Shown: piece after piece, positions 54,951 to 64,000 of the stretch | How positions within the stretch are numbered: the first letter of the stretch is position 1 | Layout: the number at the start of each line of letters is the position of its first letter | Assembly (NCBI RefSeq): GCF_006345805.1 | Contig: NC_043002.1 | Location: forward strand, 50,716,001-50,780,000 | DNA: 64,000 bases | Direction: 5' to 3' | Source: Octopus sinensis | Taxonomy: Eukaryota | Translations under genes and position numbers: made by a program | The notes under the pieces: model-generated | The model's database searches: none | Seen by the model: only the letters and a program-made list of their open reading frames with translations | Told to the model about the DNA's origin: nothing

Positions 54951-56051
54951 ATATTAAACTACTTTGATGTAAGAAAAAAGTTTGACCGTTTATAGATTAA
55001 AATGCATTCAAAAAATTAAGCCAGTTTGCGCATTGGTCAGGAGATAAATCAAATCTCATCGGTACGACAGATGAAAATAAGGATGTTGCTCAATGGGTTT
55101 ACATTTGAATCCTGGGAGTTGTAGTCTCCCAGTTTGCGTTCAAATTGAATATTCGCTTTAATTCTTTTATCAATAAAAGGTACACTCGTCAAACAATCTA
55201 GAAATGTTCACGCGGTCTGTAGATGTTCTAGAAATAGAAACAAAATTTTCCTCAAATAACACTCAACGTACTTAAATCCCTGGAAAGAGAGATGGTCACG
55301 GTCTTCGATTCCTGGTCTGTTCAGTCAGATCTAATCTGAAGCAAACCACAACAATAACTCCAGTTGCTGGTGTGCTTACTAGGCTCTTTGTAATCCACTA
55401 GCCTACTCACTACAAAATTTCAGGTCTTCAGCCTATAGCAGAAAAAACAAAACAAAGCAAAACAAAAAGCAGTATCGGTAATAACAGCAACGAAAGAAAA
55501 ATTTGTGATTTTCTATATAATATGCCCTTGAATAAATAATGCTGGGTAACACGAATTTTGTCATTGGGTAGCAACTGTTATTTCCTATTTGCTTATCCTG
55601 AGAAAGTATGAAAAATGGCTAATATTTCCTTAGAATATCTCACAGCACATGGCTATGATGTTCTCCTCTACTCCTGCTCACGATCAAGATTGCACATATT
55701 GTCAGACACTAAGGGACATGCTCAGCTAGTTATGGTCAAGTTACTGACAAGCACATCTGTGGTATTGAGCAGAATATTTGCTTATGAGGATATTTCTGTT
55801 TCAGCAACTCAACGCTGAATCTGTCTGAAATGTAATGGAAAATAGGTCAGTTACAAAACATTGACGTCCAGATCATAAAAACTATGTATGAAGGGGATAG
55901 TAGTCATTTCCTTTGATTTCTAGATAGAAAAGAATAGGAAATTTCACTTACTGACCGAAGAGAAAAAATAGTAAAAATTGTTACACAGTGTTGTTTACCC
56001 TGGAGTGAGTGATAGTAAAACTTAGTTTACAATAATATTTATCCTATTATA

Positions 56052-56240
56052 CGGCAACGAGCTGGCAGAATGCTTAACGAAATTTCGTTGTTCTGAGTTC
56101 AAATTCTGAGATCGACTTTGCCTTTTATACTTTATTTTCAGGGTCAATAAAATAAATTCTAGTTGATTACTGGGATCGATGTAATTTACTTAACTCCTGG
56201 CCCCGAAATTGCTAGCCTTACGCCAAAATTTGAAACCAAT
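56052..56240 (+). mobile_element. SINE family B
   Basis: ggcaacgagctggcagaatgcttaacg...gagttcaaattc...gactttgcc. Confidence 0.7.
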
Positions 56241-56346
56241 ATTAATCACATCATAGAACCGAAAACTTCGAACTTGTTACCGTCAAATGTCAATTGCACG
56301 AAGATTTTGCCAGAACAATCTACGAAAAGGAAGCCAAAAAAAAAAC

Positions 56347-56393
<47 letters not shown>

Positions 56394-57052
56394 ATGTGTG
56401 TGTGCGTGTGTGTATATATATATATGTATATATGTGTGTGTATATATGTATATATGTGACTAAAGATAAGTAAAACACAAGCCAAAAAAATAACTATAGA
56501 AGCATCCATAAAACAGGAAAAAAAAGAGAGAAAAGAAGGTTCAAAATAATTCCAACTTCACACCGGTCTTATTCATTGTGGTGCTCTTTAGATTGCGTCT
56601 GTCAATATGAGGTGAGCGTAGACAACGTCGCTAAGGCAATAACACGGTCAAAGAACAAGAAAAAGGAAACAAAAAAGGAAGCGGGTGGCAGATTAATTTA
56701 GCCATAAGGAAGTGAGGTGTGAAAAACAATTGGAAATGTTAATGGTTAGGCAGTGTATTGCACTCCGTAGCAAAAACATTGTTGACTTGGTGTCCACATT
56801 TCTTATCTGTTTGTGTATTTTATTTTTGTGCGTTCATTACATACTGAGAATAGGTTTACGCTTCAAAAATATCCTGTTAAAAACTACACTTTACAACTTC
56901 GCTCTTGCTTTTCTATCAAACACAGATTTTTGTCGAATCAACTCCCTTCGATATACACACGTGTGTGTGTGAGTGCGTGTGTGTGTGTGTGTGGATATAT
57001 ATATGTATATATATATATATACCATACATAAGAATATATGTATACATATGTG

Positions 57053-57101
<49 letters not shown>

Positions 57102-57310
57102 GTTTACACACACACACATATATACGTATATAAGTGTGTGTATGTGTAAGTGTGTGTGTAAAACAGTAATCCTATCTATTTAACAATATGCTTATATGTT
57201 ATTTAATCGATCTCTATATTAACAATGTATTTTAACGTGCCTTTTTTCTCTTCACACTTGTGTCTTTCTCTCCCTATCTTTATATACATACATACATACA
57301 TATATATATA

Positions 57311-57350
<40 letters not shown>

Positions 57351-58004
57351 TATATTATATATATATTATATATATAATATATATATACACACACATATAT
57401 ATTTATAAATAGATAGATAGCTTCATGTATACATACGTATATATATATATATATGTATGTATATACACCTCGTGTCTGTATGTGTGTATATGTATAAATA
57501 AGTGTGTGTATGTTTGTGTATAATTGCCGTGTATGTATCTCTATGACTGCAGTGTCCACTACAGAAAAAGTCCGTGCAAGAATGGAAGCGGCAGACGATT
57601 CTAACTGAGGACGCCAGTGTCAACATTAATAAATGTTTTTTGACTTACATGAAATAGGTGTGCGTATATATATATGCATGTGAATACATAGGGTGAAAGT
57701 ACAGGAGTTTTTGAGTACTAATAAGTGTAATCTGTATGTTTGGCCGTGAAATGGCACAAGCTTTTTCCCAACTCAATTTCAAACACACGCATGTATACAT
57801 ATAGTATATATATATATACTCATGTAGGCATGTGTATACACACAGAGACATACACGCATACACATATATTTATAAACCAACATACATACACACATACATG
57901 AACACACACATTCGCACACATATATATAGATGTCAACTGCCACACAGAATAATTGTTTTTTTCTGTAGTGAGGAATACAAGCACATACTATTACACACTT
58001 GTAC

Positions 58005-58006
58005 GC

Positions 58007-58095
<89 letters not shown>
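58005..58095. repeat. (TCTA)n microsatellite
   Basis: Direct reading. Confidence 0.95.
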
Positions 58096-58689
58096 CATAT
58101 GTATCTGTACATACATACATTCACGTACATATACATTTATCTATACATACATACATATAGCCAGACACACACAATTTCCGTATGTATGTGTGTATGTTTG
58201 TGTGTCTGTGTGCGTGTGCGTGCTTTTGTATGAATGTGATTCACCTTTCAGATCCCGCGGGTGTAAATGTAAACGGCCTTGTTTTGTGTAAAATATGAGT
58301 AAAAATATGTTTTTTTTATTTTCTTTGCTGTTCATTTTCCATCTTTTAATGATAACTCTACAAAATCTGTTGAAATGGTGTAAAATGCCAAGAACATTCC
58401 AAGTTGTTGCTGAAGTCTTTAGAGGTTTTCATAATTTTATTTTCTTCATGTTGCTGCTTCTGATGGTGAAGGAGGAGGTGGAATTGTTGTGTTTAGACCT
58501 TCTTTGAACTGATTGGTTGTTAAAAATTATTCCATTCATATCAATTTTTATTTGTAATTAGACACGAACATACATACATACATACATACATACATGCATG
58601 CATACATAGTACATACATACATATATGTGTGTGTGTGCATATCGTATATATATACTATATATAATATATATATATATACACATACATAT

Positions 58690-58733
<44 letters not shown>

Positions 58734-59302
58734 CATATACATGTATAAATATATATATACGTATATATATATTATATATATATATTATATATGTGTGTGT
58801 GTGTATATATATATATATATACACATACATACATATATAAATATGCACATACACATATATATATACATATACATACATGCATACACACACACGCTCACAC
58901 ACACACACAAATACATAAAAACATACATACATGTCCACGTGTGTGATTATGGGTGTGTGCGTGTATGACTGTGTGGAGATATTCGCTTATTGGCCATCTG
59001 TCTTTTAATGTGACCTCGGGCTGACGAAGCCTATATGTATTTATACATACATACATACATACAATACTAATCTTGACTATAGAAATCTGCAAGACATATA
59101 AAGATTTTACAAATGATGAGCAAAACAAGATGCTTTCCGTCACAACCTTGCTTCTAAGTAGCCGTCGGTCAAAATTTACTGTTAAGTCAAAAGAAGAAAA
59201 CATACATAAATGTGTAAGTACATACGTACGTATGTCAAAACATACATCTATATACACATTTGCATCCCTAACACATATATAGTTATCTACGTATAAATAT
59301 AT

Positions 59303-59792
<490 letters not shown>

Positions 59793-60654
59793 ATATGTAT
59801 ATCTATATACACACATATATGTATGTGAGTGTATGTACTTAGGAACGTTTTGCACGCGTCCGCATATTTATTTAAAACATTGGTTCCAAGCCATTTTCTG
59901 CCTATGGACCGCTTGGATTCCTAGTTTACTCTACTGGATATCGTGCTAAAAAAAATCCTGTTATTTTTTTATAATTCAATATTATTAGTAAATGTATAAA
60001 AATTGTTGAACTTTGTGTATAACCAATTTTTTCAAGCAAATTTTAATAGCAACATCGTATATTGAACCCCAAGGATCATGTAGACTCCGGTTGAGACCAA
60101 TGGTTTAGAACTTTAAAATATTCATACGAATCAAGACTGATTCCTCAGAACAGGTGTAGAGTAGAGTCTAGATATTAATATATTTATTGTGGAGTTGAAC
60201 GCAGCGTTGCTCAGAGTTCCTTGCGGCAATCTACATTAGGTGTATACACCCATATCGACTTTAAAAAAATTACGAGGGAAACAGAGATACCGCGGCTTAC
60301 TGAGAGGATTTTATGGTGCCGCCACCAAACAACAGCATCGCTCTGATAAAATGGAATATAATAGAGATCAGAAAGAAAAGAAATAAGCTAATTGCAAAAT
60401 CCAGAAAAATATTAACAAAATGTTGACTGCATCACCTAAGAACTAAAACATATTATACAAAAATCTTTAGGTTGAATTATAGTAGAGGTTTTGTGCAGCA
60501 TGAGTTAATATATGAAACTGATATAGTTGAACCAGTTACTTGTCGCCAATGAAATGTTGGACATTCTACTCTAAGAAGTTGCTAAGCTCAACAAAAATGA
60601 AATATGTATATATGTATGTATATGTATGTATGTGTGTTTAAGTGTGTATGTGTG

Positions 60655-60860
60655 TGTAACCTTTTGTTTGGCCCACCACCATCGCTTGACAATCAGAATT
60701 GGTTTATGTCCCCGTAAGATTAGCTATTCGGCAAAATAGAGCGATAAAATAAGTTCCAGATTTTAAAATATAAATAAATGTACTGCGGCCAGTTTATTCG
60801 ATTAAGTACTTCAAGGTGGTGCTCCAGCATGGCCGTGGCCAAGTGTCTGAAGCAAGCAAA
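60655..60860 (+). mobile_element. SINE family A 3' part
   Basis: ccaccatcgcttgacaa...ggtggtgctccagcatggccg. Confidence 0.7.
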
Positions 60861-61164
60861 AAAAAAAAAATGTACAGAAATAGGTTATTTCTAAATCTTT
60901 GCTAATTTAAACAAAGAACAACAAAAATATATCAAACACTTCTCCGGACAATTTCCTGCTGTAGTTTTATAAACCGGGTTACGACAAATATTACTGTCTT
61001 AGCTTACTTCTGGTTCAACAGTTGAAATTTGAGACAAAGATACACACACACACATACAGACCTCTCCCCCTTGCTAAGGTTGTAATTATTTAATCGACAT
61101 CGAACGAATGAAAAGCAAAGTTGATCTTGACGAATAATAATAATAGCAACAACAATAATTTTTT

Positions 61165-61370
61165 AGATTTAAGCTCAAGGTCAGAGATTTTGAGAGAAGA
61201 TGGTAGTCGATGCTATTTTGACCTTTCTATTCGACTGGTATATCATTTTATCAAACACTGAGAGACGAAAGGCAGTATTGGCTTCGGCAAGACTTCAACT
61301 CGGAACATAAGGAGTCGAAACAAATACCACGCGGCATATTTTCCGATGCTCTAACGATTCTGCCAACCTA
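61165..61370 (-). mobile_element. SINE family B, diverged
   Basis: aacgattctgcca and upstream body on the minus strand. Confidence 0.55.
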
Positions 61371-62875
61371 CAGCATAATAGATAATCTTTATTTTGAATC
61401 GTAGACCTTATCTAATTAATGCAACCACTCCATATGCTCCAGATTGACGGGAAGAGACGAAGTCTTGGAGGTCTGAGAGAAGTGCTAATAACTGCATGTC
61501 GGAAACCCTAGACTATAGATGGCTATCATGTCCTAATTAGGTGAGATAACGTCATTGAGAAAATATTTTTTCAGATACTCCGTACGGCAGCTGCATTCAA
61601 ACAGCCGATCATAAAATCTGTAAGTATTGCAATCACTGGGAAGACATCAAAAATTGTAGATATCTACATAAATAATTTGTTTCCGTTCGATATTCCAAAG
61701 ATAAATTAGAAGGTATTGTTTCTTATGACAACAGTAGCAACGCCAAATCATCTCCTAGAAAAAGCTCCGTTAGCCGAATCATCGATGTATTTCTGAAGTT
61801 GTTTCCAACAAGAATCAGTTTTCAGTAGGAATTTTGCATTATGTCTTTCACGCCGTCTACCACCAGCGTCATATTATATATATCAATGTTTACTCTTTTC
61901 ATTTCTTTCTCTAGATTCACTTTATTCTTGACGTCAGTTAAAGAAGAGAGGAGCGTATTACATAATTGATTATGATGTAGGGAGTAAGTTTAAAATATAA
62001 TACTCGACAAGGGCGAGGACAAGGACTTTAGAATTCAACGATTATCAAGCATATTTTACATATCCTTTCAGGGTGGTGCTTTTAGGCTATATACGGCTTG
62101 GGCCGAAACATATCTAAGTCAAATATATACGTGTGTGTGTTTGTGTGTGTGTAGTAAAGAATTTCGCTGACGAGATTTTTTGCCACGTGGTGAGTTGAAG
62201 TCAAAAATTATATAACAAAAGAAGGAAAATGCACACAGTTTATATATTTTTAATAAGTCTTATTATATAAAATATTACGATAGTCCACCGGTTTCGCGTT
62301 TTGTTAATCATGACTTGGAAATTGGTGAAAGCGCGTGGCCCAATAGTTAGGCTGTTGCACTCACGATCGCTAGATCGTGAGTTCGGTTCCTTGATTGGGC
62401 GGTGTGTTGTATTCTTGAGCAAAAGACTTCATTTCGCGTTGGTCCACTTTCCCTTTTGATTAGGATGGCGGGTGGGGTGGGTAGATTTTTGGCCTGCTTG
62501 CCTGGCCAGCGGTGAGGCTTCACTTAAAAGCTAATACAATGCACATGTGCAATGTTACCAACGATGTGTAGCAATATCTGATAGCCTGGATGGTCACATG
62601 ACACACACACATACACACACACACACACACACACATATATTCTTCTTACCAATATCAGTGTACATAACACTCTAAAGCATTTTTTGTAAGTTTTTCATAT
62701 TTATCACATTTACACAGGCTAAGGAAAACCATTGATTTTTTAAAAAACATCAATATATAATGAGTTATGCTCCCTACCCGCATTTTATCACAGGCACGCA
62801 ATACGGAATATTTTGACAGCCATTTAAAGAGATTTTACATCTGACCGATATTATTGGTATATTGTTGTAGCTTTT

Positions 62876-63281
62876 CGCAGGAGTGGCTGTGTGGTAAGTA
62901 GCTTGCTAACCAACCACATGGTTCCGGGTTCATTCCCACTGCGTGGCATCTTGAGCAAGTGTCTTCTGCTATACCCCGGGCCGACCAATGCCTTGTGAGT
63001 AGATTTGGTAGACGGAAACTGAAAGAAGCCTGTCGTATATATGTATATATATATAATTGTATGTGTTTGTGTGTCTGTGTTTGTTCCCCTAGCATTGCTT
63101 GACAACCGATGCTGGTGTGTTTACGTCCCCGTCACCTAGCGGTTCGACAAAAGAGACCGATAGAATAAGTACTGGGCTTACAATGAATAAGTCCCGAGGT
63201 CGATTTGCTCGACTAAAGGCGGTGCTCTAGCATGGCCGCAGTCAAATAACTGAAACAAGTAAAAGAGTAAAAGAGTAAAGA
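62876..63281 (+). mobile_element. SINE family A, full length, young
   Basis: cgcaggagtggctgtgtggtaag...gtaaaagagtaaaaga; nearly identical to the 59303-59792 copy, in opposite orientation. Confidence 0.92.
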
Positions 63282-64000
63282 GATTATTGAAATCCAATTA
63301 TAAACTTGGAATCATAATGTATAATCACTGAAAGAACTTTTAAAAGAACTCCTTCGGCCAGTCAGGAAATATTTCGCTCCACCGTTTGTATTGAGTACTA
63401 GAGCTTGTTACTGGTATATGTGTGCGCACAACCACAAGAAATATCCACACACACACAAACAGACACGCTTTTGCATACATATGCAATGATATATCTGAAA
63501 TGACGCTTACATAGACTTCTAAATTCTGCTGAAACACACTTATAAATTCTGTCTTGCTCGCGGAAAATACTGTAAGCGCATGAACATAAATGCGTGTTTG
63601 TGCGTGTCGGTTTGTGTGCATGTGTGATTAAGTCAGTCAGGTTTTGCGTAACATCAAAACCCAATACAAAGGAGAGAAGTCTCGTGTCGGCTTTGCTTCG
63701 TGCTCTACATCTCACCAACTCCTGTTTGGGAATGAAAACCTGAGGTAACATGAGACCATTAAGCTGAAGGATTACAAATAAGATGATGAAATGCCAACTG
63801 AGTTTGGTGATATATGTTCGTTTGATGGGGGATTTAACGAGAACATTCCATGATTTTCTGTCGCATGTTCTGTATCATCTTCATTCATACAGACGACTTT
63901 AAACAAGTCTTTATCCGATAAAAGCCAAACATATTACTTTATCTCATGAAATCCAGTCTTTTTAAAGATCAATAGTAAGGAAGCGATAGATACATAAGTC

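Overview
AT-rich eukaryotic (animal) DNA with very dense microsatellites ((AT)n, (CA)n, (CATA)n, (TCTA)n, triplet runs) and at least three tRNA-headed SINE families. The repeat repertoire looks like an Octopus (coleoid cephalopod) intronic or intergenic region; this is inference from recognised repeats, not a database result. No host protein-coding gene can be called with confidence, and nearly all ORFs in the track are microsatellite artefacts. Recognisable protein relics are all decayed transposons: Ty3/Gypsy integrase, three R4/Dong-type LINE pieces, an RTE 3' end, a further non-LTR RT relic, two mariner pieces, Tc1, a hAT-like (hATm) transposase and a Penelope-type GIY-YIG endonuclease. 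The notable content is a diverse set of hammerhead ribozyme (HHR) motifs in Penelope-like or retrozyme-like repeats. Four have complete cores and stems (2634-2715 minus, 3200-3281 plus, 18377-18470 minus, 18631-18725 plus). They sit in a 535-bp monomer whose inverted copy is circularly permuted, and in a 467-bp near-perfect palindrome whose axis carries a further truncated HHR of opposite polarity. There is also a tandem pair of U3-variant HHRs, a tRNA-headed SINE carrying an HHR, and a recurrent extra-A core variant. All alignments and folds were done by eye; element boundaries are approximate unless a motif is quoted.
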